A stretch of 64,000 nt of DNA, taken from positions 28,713 through 92,712 of the IMG/VR virus record IMGVR_UViG_3300033121_000711; one strand, written 5' to 3'. Shown here one piece after another: positions 50,010 through 59,651 of the stretch. Each line of letters opens with the position of its first letter. Within the stretch, counting starts at the first letter, position 1. A program made the translations under genes and the position numbers. This DNA is from a virus (taxonomy: Duplodnaviria > Caudoviricetes). A model generated the notes under the pieces. That model made no database searches. It had not been told where the DNA came from and saw only the letters and a list, made by a program, of their open reading frames with translations.

Positions 50010-50321
50010 ATGACCCAGTAGCGCAAGCCCCGCTTCACCTACGGAGTGTGAGGAGGAAAGCTTACACATTGGGTCGTTACTCCCTCAATCCTCCAAGGAA
50101 CAGGCCCTTATCGATGACCTGTGTACGGTGCCCCGCTTCACCTACGGAGCGTGAGGAGGAAGGTTAGCAGCACCAGGCGTTACTCTGGAAGATGGTCGTT
50201 CTCAACGCCACCTCAATCCTCCAAGGAACAGGCCCTTATCGATGACCTGTGTACGGTGCCCCGCTTCACCTACGGAGCGTGAGTTTTCTGATTAGGTCGT
50301 TACTCCAAGGAACAGGCCCTT
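50010..50321 (-). repeat. Three tandem conserved units with variable cores (candidate structured RNA array)
   Basis: Identical 73-bp blocks at 50083-50155 and 50211-50283; partial copies at 50027-50058 and 50303-50321. Confidence 0.85.
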
Positions 50322-50526
50322 TTCTATTTCCTAACTACTGTCACATCGGCTTTTTGAGTCAATGTAACATCAGCCTTTTGAGTTGCAGAATTTAGCTTAT
50401 CACACCACTCAGAAGCATCCTTACCGTCCTTGAAAGCAGCCAGTGGTATCCGATCAGATTCCTTAGCCACAATAACACTGAAGCCAGGAAGATCGGTCGC
50501 CGGAAGACAAGTGTAAATGTGATTCA

Positions 50527-52005
50527 TTATTTAACCCAACCAAGAAATTCCATTGAACGAGTTACTGCCACATACTTCAAGCGATTCTCTTCTTCCAACA
50601 TCCATTGACGCTCAGAAGAACGTGGATGAGGGAGAAGATCTGGTCGCAGAATCCAAACATTAGTAGCTTGCAATCCTTTAGACTTGTGGATAGTCATAAG
50701 ATCCACACCGTCATGAGGTGTATCACTAAAAATGTTTTTCATGTTTTTTAACACAGTACCGACATCAGGGGCATTATTAGATAATGCTCGAATCGATCTA
50801 CATCGATCCTCCAGATTAACGATTTCACTGTCGCGACGAAGCTTAGCTAATTGAGCACTTCGTTTCATCTGGTAATCAATCAATCTGGTCGTAAATTCAT
50901 CGATAGGCATACCTTTCTTATATTCAGAAACAAAATTGATAACAATCTCTAGTAATGTTCCAAACTCCCTTCCTCTAACTTTAGATGGGATACCCATCTC
51001 TGTTAAGGCGATCTGTGTTGAGATCAACTCGTCAGTTGTTCGACAGATCGCGAAATCTTTTGGCTTGACCCTCTTCATAAAGTTGTTTTTATTGAACTCA
51101 TCAACGACACCTTCAGCAGCAGTAGGTGCCCATTCAATACGTGGAACGATTTTCTTAGCTTCACGGACAACAGCTTTTGGGCACCGATAGCAAATACTAA
51201 GAGGTAACTCTTTAGCATTTGTCTCTTGAAGAAAGTCTTTAAAGATGCCAGGGGCTGCACCCTTGAATCCGTAGATCGTTTGATCTGGATCGCCGATCGC
51301 ACAAAACTGCCCGCCAACAGCGGCAGCTTTCATAAGCTCATACTCGATAGGGCAAGTATCTTGAAACTCGTCAAGCACGACTTGATCGAAAACAGGTATA
51401 GGCCAACCAAAATGGATTGGCATATACTTTTGATCGTCAAAATCGTAATGAGCTTGATGCTCGATAGTAGCTTTGAATGTATCCAAAGCACACTGAGTAA
51501 AAGCTTCTTCAAGTGGAGTTTCCAGATTATAGTAATTAATAATGTCTGAAAGTCTCGCCGATGCTTCTTCCGGTGAGTGAATATTCAAATTCTTGAATAA
51601 GGACACTAGGCGTTTGATTGGCCCTTTCCAAGTATTGAAACGCTTAACATCTGCTTCGTCTTCAAGATTAGGCTTGTAGACGATAAATTCTAGAACTTTC
51701 TCTGTCTTTTCTTTATCTAGCTCTGGAAGACTTTTAAGATTCCTAGAGCAAATACCCCAACCGAACCCATTAAAGTTCGCATATGTAACACCACGCAAGC
51801 CCGCCTTCAAGCCTTTAGCTTTGAATTCGTCTCGAATGCTAGTATTAAAAGCACCTAGCAGCGTGGAAGTCCCAACCGGAAGTTTTGCAATCGCATTTAA
51901 TGCTGATGTCGTTTTACCGCTACCTGCAACTGAAATTACAGCAGAATTACCAGCGTAATTTGCGAAATGCTCGTTGATAGCGATTTGATACTTATTTAGT
52001 TCCAT
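50527..52005 (-). CDS. UvrD/Rep-like SF1 helicase
   Basis: AGSGKTT, LDEFQD, GDPDQTIYGF, YRCP, TIHKSKGL, YVAVTR. Confidence 0.92.
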   Translation of the reverse strand: MELNKYQIAINEHFANYAGNSAVISVAGSGKTTSALNAIAKLPVGTSTLLGAFNTSIRDEFKAKGLKAGLRGVTYANFNGFGWGICSRNLKSLPELDKEKTEKVLEFIVYKPNLEDEADVKRFNTWKGPIKRLVSLFKNLNIHSPEEASARLSDIINYYNLETPLEEAFTQCALDTFKATIEHQAHYDFDDQKYMPIHFGWPIPVFDQVVLDEFQDTCPIEYELMKAAAVGGQFCAIGDPDQTIYGFKGAAPGIFKDFLQETNAKELPLSICYRCPKAVVREAKKIVPRIEWAPTAAEGVVDEFNKNNFMKRVKPKDFAICRTTDELISTQIALTEMGIPSKVRGREFGTLLEIVINFVSEYKKGMPIDEFTTRLIDYQMKRSAQLAKLRRDSEIVNLEDRCRSIRALSNNAPDVGTVLKNMKNIFSDTPHDGVDLMTIHKSKGLQATNVWILRPDLLPHPRSSERQWMLEEENRLKYVAVTRSMEFLGWVK

Positions 52006-52626
52006 TTCGGATCTCCAGCGATAATCTCTTTAGGGCAGGCGAAAACTTTAACACAACTTCTAGCCCAATAGTACAGTTTCCCGTTTGAATAAATGATTGG
52101 TACAGCTCTCCAACCGTAAGGCAGCTCTACCAAACTAAGCACTTCGTTGCTCACACATTTACAGATGCCGCACTGTGCAATGAGTTTCATTTTGAGAAGT
52201 TATCCTTGTATTCAATTAAGATATCCATTAAAGTTAGTATCAGCTTCAACTCTAAAGGATAAATAGTATTCGTATAGACAAGATCAACACCTTTGTTAGG
52301 GTTGAGCACGATTGTACGATCATTGTCTAACTCAATGACAATTCTCTTAATCATTTACACTACCCATAAATAAGAGTTTTCGATTTTAATCTTAATCAAG
52401 CTGTACTTGTTCCACTCTTCGATTAAGAGTTCAAGTATTTCTCGCTTATCTTTTTCAGTTAGGCGAGAAAGCTTATAATGTCGTTGCACCGGTTCTAAGT
52501 GGGCACCGCCCATTATATCCCAATAAGTTATTTTATTAACTTGGAAGCCATTATTAACTAATGGCATAGCTTCAACATCTGCATTACTCCATTTACAGGT
52601 TACGGACGTAATTGTTCTTACAGGCA

Positions 52627-53253
52627 TTATATGCGACCTTTCAAAATATGTTGAATAAGCGGGCAACTAACACCGTGAAAGCCGGATCTAAAATGATCGG
52701 CTTCAAACATTAAATACTCATCTTCTAAAGCGTCAGCTAAGATATTGACAGCTACAGTATCTGATAAATCAAAAACTCTAAAAGCTAAGCTTCTAATAAG
52801 CTCGCTATATTGTTCAGCCGCCGGAGAAAGATCTGTAAAAGCATGTTTTTGTATCTCTTGAATATTTAGTTTTCGACTTACTATTAAGCTGTTCTCGTGT
52901 AGAAAATTATTGTAGTCAGCACCTTTCAAATTTTTTGCAAACTTATGACTTTTTCGTAAAGAGAAAGAGCCATTAAATTCACTAAATTTGCTCAGTTTGT
53001 TAAGATCATTTTCCAAGCTGTTTAGACAATTCTTAACAAACTTACTTGCTAAGTACGGGTAATATTGGTCGTCGTAGTTACGCCACTTCCATTTATCCAA
53101 CCCGAAAACTAAGCTCCTTGAAGCTGAGTTCTCTTTCGCAAGTTTCCATACCTGATTACAAACTCCGATCTTGTCTTCAAAGAATGGTTTCATCTGTTCT
53201 GCCAAAGCCAGATGAAACCATTTCCATCTAAAAATCTCCATTTTCCAATCCAA
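52627..53253 (-). CDS. Protein with Gemmataceae-type LADALE motif
   Basis: ILADALED......HFR...H...C.....IL. Confidence 0.55.
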   Translation of the reverse strand: MDWKMEIFRWKWFHLALAEQMKPFFEDKIGVCNQVWKLAKENSASRSLVFGLDKWKWRNYDDQYYPYLASKFVKNCLNSLENDLNKLSKFSEFNGSFSLRKSHKFAKNLKGADYNNFLHENSLIVSRKLNIQEIQKHAFTDLSPAAEQYSELIRSLAFRVFDLSDTVAVNILADALEDEYLMFEADHFRSGFHGVSCPLIQHILKGRI

Positions 53254-53442
53254 TCAAGTTTTGTGTTGTAGGCGATAGACTTCCTACAACATTATACTGC
53301 ACTTTTTTGGAAAAGTCAACAGAATTCTTAAAATGATTTGATTTTAAATTATCTGCACAAGAGACGCAGATACCGTGAGTGGTACTCGAATCCGAATATG
53401 GGGGCTTAACCCCCATATTCACTTTGCACCAAGCACAAACAC

Positions 53443-53841
53443 TTACCATTTTAATTTTACCGTTAGTATTTTTTTCATCCGATGTTCACAATCGGCAACG
53501 TCAAATAATCGCTTATGCAAAACTGCTAGAATAAATTTTTCGTAAATCTCGTCTCTAACACTTCTAGCACTTTCCCAATCTTCTTCGATAATAGCTTGAT
53601 TAAGTGTACTTTCGAGATTTCGCAAATCATTGAATCCGAACTCGAACTCCTCTTTAACGAGCGGGTAAAGATCTGTTTCAAACTTACCCAATGCAATCTT
53701 TGTACGGCACAATTGACAAGTTTGTGAATACGAGCCTAAATTTTCTTTGCAAACTTTAATAGGTGTAAGTTCGCTAACAATCTTATTAGCACAGCCGATA
53801 CAATAAAAACGATTACGAATCAAATAGCCGATAGTGCTCAT
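53443..53841 (-). CDS. Zinc-ribbon plus UVR (UvrB/C) motif protein
   Basis: CxxC...CxxC; L.QAI.EEDWE.A..VRDEI. Confidence 0.55.
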   Translation of the reverse strand: MSTIGYLIRNRFYCIGCANKIVSELTPIKVCKENLGSYSQTCQLCRTKIALGKFETDLYPLVKEEFEFGFNDLRNLESTLNQAIIEEDWESARSVRDEIYEKFILAVLHKRLFDVADCEHRMKKILTVKLKW

Positions 53842-54386
53842 AATCCCAGATTCTCCCCAATAATTTCAACAGTCTTTTTACAATTAGCATGATGCTTGTT
53901 CCAAAGTCTTGGAACATGGCAAATCTTACCGTTATTATAATTAGCAAAAGAATCTAAATTCGCATCCCGATCATCAATAAGCATATGGTTAGGATTTGAA
54001 AGTAGATGTTTCAATGATCCGAACATATGTCCACTGGGACGACTATAATGTCTAGGCAAATGTCGCTCCATCCAGCGAAGCTTACCTGAATGACATCCGT
54101 AATTTTGAGACGGTGATGTAACGATGACTACATTCTTTTGGCCAAAACGGGCTTCCACCATCTTTAAAATGGTTTCACCGTCATGAGTCCATTCGAGCTT
54201 TGCCCAGAATTCTTCATTCATAGGCTTCCAAAAAGCTGCGTCAGACATTCCGAGAATACTTACAAAGTCCCATTGTCCGTAATGGTCTTTATAAAGTTCT
54301 TCAGTAGTCATCTTCAAATTATGCACTTCGAGACTACCTCGAACAAAATCGACAATAACGCCATCCATATCGAGTAAGCCGATCAT
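53838..54386 (-). CDS. HAD-family 5'(3')-deoxyribonucleotidase (NT5C-like)
   Basis: LDMDGVIVDF, TSP, K..W, LIDD. Confidence 0.85.
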   Translation of the reverse strand: MIGLLDMDGVIVDFVRGSLEVHNLKMTTEELYKDHYGQWDFVSILGMSDAAFWKPMNEEFWAKLEWTHDGETILKMVEARFGQKNVVIVTSPSQNYGCHSGKLRWMERHLPRHYSRPSGHMFGSLKHLLSNPNHMLIDDRDANLDSFANYNNGKICHVPRLWNKHHANCKKTVEIIGENLGL

Positions 54387-54636
54387 TACACGAACCCTTT
54401 CTCTCTGATCTTCTTAACAAACTCAGGTAAAATTGTCTCTGGCTTTTCAACAAAATAGTGTAATGGTCCTAAAATATTGACAGCTAGGTCAATCATCTCA
54501 GATGTTGTTAAATATTTCGTATCAACGTCAAGAAGCACTCTCTCACGTTGAATATAGAAATTTACACAAAGCCTACAACTTGACTCTTGTAGCTCGATTA
54601 CGACTTCATCGTCTTTATATACAGGGTATACATTAC

Positions 54637-55182
54637 TCATCTTGAATACAAAGCCTCATCAATAGTTGCTAACTTGCCGACAAAATCTCCACTAGCTTCG
54701 TAAAGCTTAGCTGCAAGCCAAAGCTTATAATTTATTATGCGTCCTTCGATTTCAATATCTTTTTGAGCTAATCCAAAGTCTAACGACAGCCAAGTTGTCA
54801 ACAACATGACTTCGATCTGTATAGGCGTATCAAAATCTATAGAACACTCAAAAAGATTACAATCAACATCTTTTGTTACACTGAAGCTTATAGATCCTTT
54901 CCTTGGAGGGAATAAAGTTATCGGTATGTTACCAATCATACCGTATCTATCTAACTTAACAGAACATTTAAAGTAATTTAAATAAGCTTCAATATTTGTT
55001 TCTGCGTTTTGATTACGAGTATTATCTCTTAACGCTTTAGACCATCTAGACATAGAGCCTAAGAATATCGGATAAGAGACTCGAATTCCGAAAGTGGAAC
55101 TTCTAACATTATAGCCATTAGCTAGTAATGCACCTACAACTAATGTTGTGGGCTCATTATACTCGTCAATATTTAGTTTCAT
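54637..55182 (-). CDS. Hypothetical protein
   Basis: Coupled ORF. Confidence 0.5.
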   Translation of the reverse strand: MKLNIDEYNEPTTLVVGALLANGYNVRSSTFGIRVSYPIFLGSMSRWSKALRDNTRNQNAETNIEAYLNYFKCSVKLDRYGMIGNIPITLFPPRKGSISFSVTKDVDCNLFECSIDFDTPIQIEVMLLTTWLSLDFGLAQKDIEIEGRIINYKLWLAAKLYEASGDFVGKLATIDEALYSR

Positions 55183-55193
55183 TTAACAGTTGT

Positions 55194-55790
55194 TCACTTA
55201 CGTGTTATACAAGTAGAACAAAAACACCAGTTAAAATTCTTTAACATATACTTATGGCAAAATCCTAATTCTGCTCTTTTATAAATCTGGCAGACTCTCT
55301 GTTTAGAGAATCCATACAGTTCACCAATAGCTTTTGAATTTAAGCACTTTAAATATCGTAATCGAATAATGTCCCCGTCACGGCCGGGGACAGCCTCTAA
55401 ACACTCTTTAAGTTGTTCGTATACAATATTTGGCTTAAGGATTGTAGTGTCTTCAATCTCTAAATTAATACCTCCAAGATAAAGATGCTTATGGATCCAA
55501 TGGAAACTTTTCCAGTTATCCCAAAACGGGCGAATCAATAACAGCTTAGTAAAAGTGTATGAATATATACGTCTTTTAATAATCGTTATTGCGTAGTTAC
55601 TAAAAGAACTTTTGTTGCTGTCATAAGTCTTAACCGCAATCCACAAAGCCATAAAGCATTCTTGTTCTAAATCCTCCCAATCAAAACGCAAATAACGTCT
55701 TACCTTAAACATTTTTAAGGTATGAAATACAAGCCCACGGTTTCGGTCGAAAAAGATTTCATCTTCCGACATATTTAAATCTCGGTCCAA
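55194..55790 (-). CDS. Sigma-70 family RNA polymerase sigma factor
   Basis: Region 2 EDLEQE...ALW.AV..YD.....FS.YA; region 4 II.LRY......IG...G.SK.RV.QI. Confidence 0.8.
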   Translation of the reverse strand: MDRDLNMSEDEIFFDRNRGLVFHTLKMFKVRRYLRFDWEDLEQECFMALWIAVKTYDSNKSSFSNYAITIIKRRIYSYTFTKLLLIRPFWDNWKSFHWIHKHLYLGGINLEIEDTTILKPNIVYEQLKECLEAVPGRDGDIIRLRYLKCLNSKAIGELYGFSKQRVCQIYKRAELGFCHKYMLKNFNWCFCSTCITRK

Positions 55791-56061
55791 TATTTGGAAT
55801 ATCTTCTAAAAATTCGGATAGAAGTCTTGTTGCCTCATGTTGATCGTCATCTAATGCAATATAGTGAACGTGTATCTTAGGCCAATCACTAGAAGGCCGA
55901 ACAAATCCTAATACCTTATAAAGACCTCCTTTAAAATGACGGTAAACACCACCAACAACTACATCGCGTGGACAAATAAATTTGACCAAAACTTCGGCAA
56001 AACTACCCAAATCGGCGTTTGGATGTTTAGTTAAAAAGTCTCGAATAATAGGATTCATCAC
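55759..56061 (-). CDS. DUF1653-like protein
   Basis: G.YRHFKGG.Y.V; R...EF......RF. Confidence 0.75.
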   Translation of the reverse strand: MMNPIIRDFLTKHPNADLGSFAEVLVKFICPRDVVVGGVYRHFKGGLYKVLGFVRPSSDWPKIHVHYIALDDDQHEATRLLSEFLEDIPNIGPRFKYVGR

Positions 56062-57125
56062 TTTCTCCTGATAATAATACCTGCGGCAATCATTTTCTTA
56101 TTCAATTGGTATGGTTGAAGGCTATCTGGAGTGTAGACCATACTAACTGAAGAAGGTTCAAAAGGGTGAAACGTGAAGATATTATCATCTCCACGTACAC
56201 GGCCATACCAATCTCGTTGAAAATCAAAATCTCCAGCTTCTTTCATAGTATTCGTGTGACAACGCATACACTGAACATTGTTAACACGAACAAAACCACC
56301 AGTATAATCCTTAGGAACAATATGAAAATCTTCCTTAGTTGTAGGAGCAAAGCCAGGGATTTTACCATTACGTATCCATACAGATTCCCTAGCTGAAACA
56401 AAAGGCTTCAAGAGCATCTTTCGTACAACTTCATTAGGCAATTTACCGAGAGTCTGGATTGCGGAATCAGATTCAAAAACTGTTTGATCTGGATGGGTGC
56501 TCTTAATCTTTTGGTTCTCAATAGAATATTCAATCTTTGTTGCTCCAAGCCAATCTTGCATCTGTTGAAAACTGCTAAAAGGTCGATAAGCATTCATTCG
56601 CCAAGCCCCGCTATCTTTAGTACGGGTACGAATATCGAATGTATACCAACGACCTTTAGGCTCTTGAAGCAAGAGAACTTCACCAACAATAGACTTATCC
56701 GGGAATCGCCATCGGAGATTACGCTCTTTAATTGTATCTGTAATCTCTTTATTATGGGTCAATCTTCCAGTCACAGCTGTAATATGCTCCTCCCAGCACA
56801 CAATCGGACTGGGAAGTGAAAGGAAATTGAACTTTTTAAAGTTAGTTGATCGGTGAGTTCCAGCAGCTGCAAGCCACGGGAACTCACGATTAGGATTACC
56901 AAAAGGCTCAGAGCGATTAGCTGAAATGTTTAGTTTTGTTGAGATCACTGTACCGGAATGTTGATGTGCTGGTGGGATTTCGGTATCAGTGTAAAACACA
57001 AGATTCTTACGTTCAAGAATCTCTTTCAGAGTAACATCTTCTGTCTTAGGCAGAAGCGACCTGTAATAGGTATCGTCTTTAACCAGTTGACCAATAGTGC
57101 AAGCAACAACAAGTGAATACAACAT
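56058..57125 (-). CDS. Exported protein with CxxCH motif
   Basis: Probable start 57125 with GGAG RBS; hydrophobic N-terminus; QCMRCH. Confidence 0.6.
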   Translation of the reverse strand: MLYSLVVACTIGQLVKDDTYYRSLLPKTEDVTLKEILERKNLVFYTDTEIPPAHQHSGTVISTKLNISANRSEPFGNPNREFPWLAAAGTHRSTNFKKFNFLSLPSPIVCWEEHITAVTGRLTHNKEITDTIKERNLRWRFPDKSIVGEVLLLQEPKGRWYTFDIRTRTKDSGAWRMNAYRPFSSFQQMQDWLGATKIEYSIENQKIKSTHPDQTVFESDSAIQTLGKLPNEVVRKMLLKPFVSARESVWIRNGKIPGFAPTTKEDFHIVPKDYTGGFVRVNNVQCMRCHTNTMKEAGDFDFQRDWYGRVRGDDNIFTFHPFEPSSVSMVYTPDSLQPYQLNKKMIAAGIIIRRK

Positions 57126-57151
57126 TGTAACACTCCAGAGAAAGGCGACAG

Positions 57152-57221
57152 TGGCCAGAGAAGGAATCGAACCTTCATGATTATGAGCTTTTGGCACATA
57201 ATCTACACCATGCGTCTAGCC
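57152..57221 (-). ncRNA. Degenerate tRNA-like element
   Basis: Acceptor GGCTAGA/TCTGGCC-A; T-arm GAAGG-TTCGATT-CCTTC; aberrant D and anticodon arms. Confidence 0.45.
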
Positions 57222-57518
57222 AATACATGGTCGGTGAATCTCCCCTAAACGATTCACCCGCCCTGAGTCTTTTGATTTAAGACCCGCCACCCGGTTCATT
57301 GGTACTTCTACGCCTTGTATGGGCTTGTACCGCGACGTAGTTGCCATTGGCACCCAAGAACTACCATGTATAAAAAATGGTGTTTTATGAGACACGGAAC
57401 AACACCAAACCGCTCTCTCTCTCGATTACACTTTTACAAGCTCTCTATCGCTTCTCAGCGATACTTGTAAAACGGATTTTGCAATATCGGGCTTCTGCAA
57501 AATCAGACGATCCGGTCT

Positions 57519-57992
57519 TCACCCCGGCCGGACACTACTATTTAAAATCGCTTTTAACTGGTTGATGAACCAGTAACTTGTTATTTTATCACCAGTCAAC
57601 AAACGCCTATTGTGGAGAATAGACCTTTTAGGTGTACAGCTGTAACGTAAGCGTATACCTTCCGGACAAATATTGCCCACAATCTTGTTGATTGATTTAC
57701 GTCTACTAAGAGAAGGGAAACTGATTACATGATGCCTTAAAATATCTTTACGGCATTTAAGAGCCACCCTAACAGCTCTTGCAAGCAATTTACGCTCTTT
57801 AGCCTCACCAAATTTAAGAACAGCATCTATAGCTGTTTGTAACCGTAAAGTATCAAGATCTTTTAGACGGCGATAATAGATAGCCCATTCAGGCTTTCCC
57901 GAGTTAAGCTCCTCGATCGCGTCAGCCATAATCAAGAAAGAAGAAGGACAGCCATTAAGCCCATCGATAAAAAGCGGTAAAAGCATAAGCAC
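57519..57992 (-). CDS. Protein with TIGR02996-like N-terminus
   Basis: P....LIMADAIEE...P..A...R. Confidence 0.4.
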   Translation of the reverse strand: MLMLLPLFIDGLNGCPSSFLIMADAIEELNSGKPEWAIYYRRLKDLDTLRLQTAIDAVLKFGEAKERKLLARAVRVALKCRKDILRHHVISFPSLSRRKSINKIVGNICPEGIRLRYSCTPKRSILHNRRLLTGDKITSYWFINQLKAILNSSVRPG

Positions 57993-57995
57993 CTC

Positions 57996-58032
57996 AAAAA
58001 ATGGTCAGGGATTGCACCACCCGTCCCTGACC
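57996..58032 (-). terminator. Hairpin plus T-run downstream of tRNA-Ile
   Basis: GGTCAGGGA...TCCCTGACC-ATTTTTT. Confidence 0.55.
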
Positions 58033-58143
58033 CTTATTCTCGTTTTAGCAGCCCTTCTACACCCGTGGTCGATGTAGAGTCTGGTTAGGCCCTATACAGC
58101 TTAGGCACTAACAGTAGATTAGGTATCGAACACTGCACCTAAA

Positions 58144-58216
58144 TACCCCAGGCTGGAATCGAACCAGCGACCCCCGGCTTATAAGGCCGATGCTCTAACC
58201 ACTGAGCTACTGGGGC
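58144..58216 (-). tRNA. tRNA-Ile (anticodon TAT), CCA not encoded
   Basis: Full cloverleaf GCCCCAG...CTGGGGT-A; anticodon loop CT-TAT-AA. Confidence 0.9.
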
Positions 58217-58306
58217 ACATAAATGACTGCTTATCCCGTCCTAGGTTGCAACACGCAAGGGCAGACCGAGACTTAAAATCCGCCCATAAGCAGTCATTTA
58301 TTTCAA

Positions 58307-58624
58307 TTACTTGGGCTCAGGCTGCCCAGGAGTAATCACGACGATTGCAGCTTCACCGGCGACAACTTCAATATCGAGGACACCAGTAATTTCCTTAAGA
58401 CCGGCACCAAGGTCTGCATCGGCTTTAACAATCAACTGGCTCGTGCCAACTGGACCTTTAGCCGAGATGGTGGCAGACATACCATTCTCGCTAACAGTAA
58501 GATCCAAAACGTCGGAATTTGAAACCGACCAAGATGGTGCACCGTCAACATTAGCAGGATTGCCACCTGCACTCTGAAAAGAAACACCAACCGTAACCTT
58601 CTGCCCATCAGTAAGCTGGTACAC
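58307..58624 (-). CDS. Ig-like beta-sandwich protein
   Basis: Probable GTG start 58624; GNPA.VDG.P.WS.S, ADADLG.G motifs. Confidence 0.55.
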   Translation of the reverse strand: MYQLTDGQKVTVGVSFQSAGGNPANVDGAPSWSVSNSDVLDLTVSENGMSATISAKGPVGTSQLIVKADADLGAGLKEITGVLDIEVVAGEAAIVVITPGQPEPK

Positions 58625-58703
58625 TGTGGAACTCCGAAAAAGACAAACAACGGGACCAAAAGTGAACACTACTTTTGGCTTTTTCTTTCTGCAAAAAAGA
58701 AAG

Positions 58704-59222
58704 TCAAGCATCTTCAGCATACTTTCCAAGTGGTTCAGGCGTGTCGAGATCGACAACTATGTGAATCCTTTCCGTTTTACCTGAATTATATACAGTGTGC
58801 TGTAGCCAGTATGGAACCGGACCATACCAGTAGCCTAATGCAAAGTGCATCCCTTCACTTTTATCCATACCTTCGTGCCAAAATCGGCACCCAACATTTG
58901 TCTGTATAGCTAAATGCCAACGCTCGACTGTTGGCTTAGTACGTTGATACCTTGTTGGCTTGATCCAATCCCGGTGAACTGGAACAATCACACAAGGCTT
59001 TAATTTATTGATCATCAAATTTAGAAGTTCTTGCTCACGTTGCTTTTGAACTTCTAAAATTGCTTTGTGTAAGTTCGGGTAATCGTGTATATTCTTAGGA
59101 ATACCATCTGATGCTTTGTAAGCCATCTCAGCACCAGACCCGTCAAGTTGAAATTGAAGCCGTTCAACCTCCTCTAAAAGAGCTGGAATTTGAACCCAAG
59201 TGTGCCAAGCTTTTTCAATCAT
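58704..59222 (-). CDS. Asp/Asn beta-hydroxylase-like 2OG-Fe(II) oxygenase
   Basis: HRD, R.HLAI.TN, HTVYN.G..ERIH...D. Confidence 0.75.
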   Translation of the reverse strand: MIEKAWHTWVQIPALLEEVERLQFQLDGSGAEMAYKASDGIPKNIHDYPNLHKAILEVQKQREQELLNLMINKLKPCVIVPVHRDWIKPTRYQRTKPTVERWHLAIQTNVGCRFWHEGMDKSEGMHFALGYWYGPVPYWLQHTVYNSGKTERIHIVVDLDTPEPLGKYAEDA

Positions 59223-59563
59223 TTGAGAGCACCAGTGAGGAACTTTTTAAAGTTTTCAAGATCTTCTTTCGTATACCACCTAACTATGTATCTAATACAG
59301 GTAAGCTGTAAATAGTCTACATATATTTTGATTCCTCGCTCCAGATTATCTTCTTGTCTAGCCAATTCAAAGATCCTTAAAATAGATTTTAAGGATCTTT
59401 GATTGTTAACCGTAAAAGTAACATACGAAGATTCTGGTCTTCCATCATGACCTTCGCAACAGTACAACGTTCTTACACTTTTGTAAGAATTTAACCACTC
59501 AATAATGGGGACGATTTTTACATCGATCTCAACAGGTAACATCATAATTTTAAATTTGTGCAT
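59219..59563 (-). CDS. TYW3-like fold protein
   Basis: D.KI.PII..LN....VRT..CC.GH; start placed after the tRNA. Confidence 0.45.
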   Translation of the reverse strand: MHKFKIMMLPVEIDVKIVPIIEWLNSYKSVRTLYCCEGHDGRPESSYVTFTVNNQRSLKSILRIFELARQEDNLERGIKIYVDYLQLTCIRYIVRWYTKEDLENFKKFLTGALK

Positions 59564-59578
59564 AAAAGTTCCTTTCAA

Positions 59579-59651
59579 AGCTATCGGTGGGAGTCGAACC
59601 CACAACCTGTTGATTACAAATCAACTGCTCTGCCAATTGAGCTACGATAGC
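59579..59651 (-). tRNA. tRNA-Thr (anticodon TGT), CCA not encoded
   Basis: Full cloverleaf GCTATCG...CGATAGC-T; anticodon loop TT-TGT-AA. Confidence 0.92.

Noticed and set aside
50027-50321. CRISPR mini-array or group II intron domain V
   Set aside because: The repeat is 73 bp, the cores share internal motifs and vary widely in length; the GTACGGT match lacks the rest of domain V.
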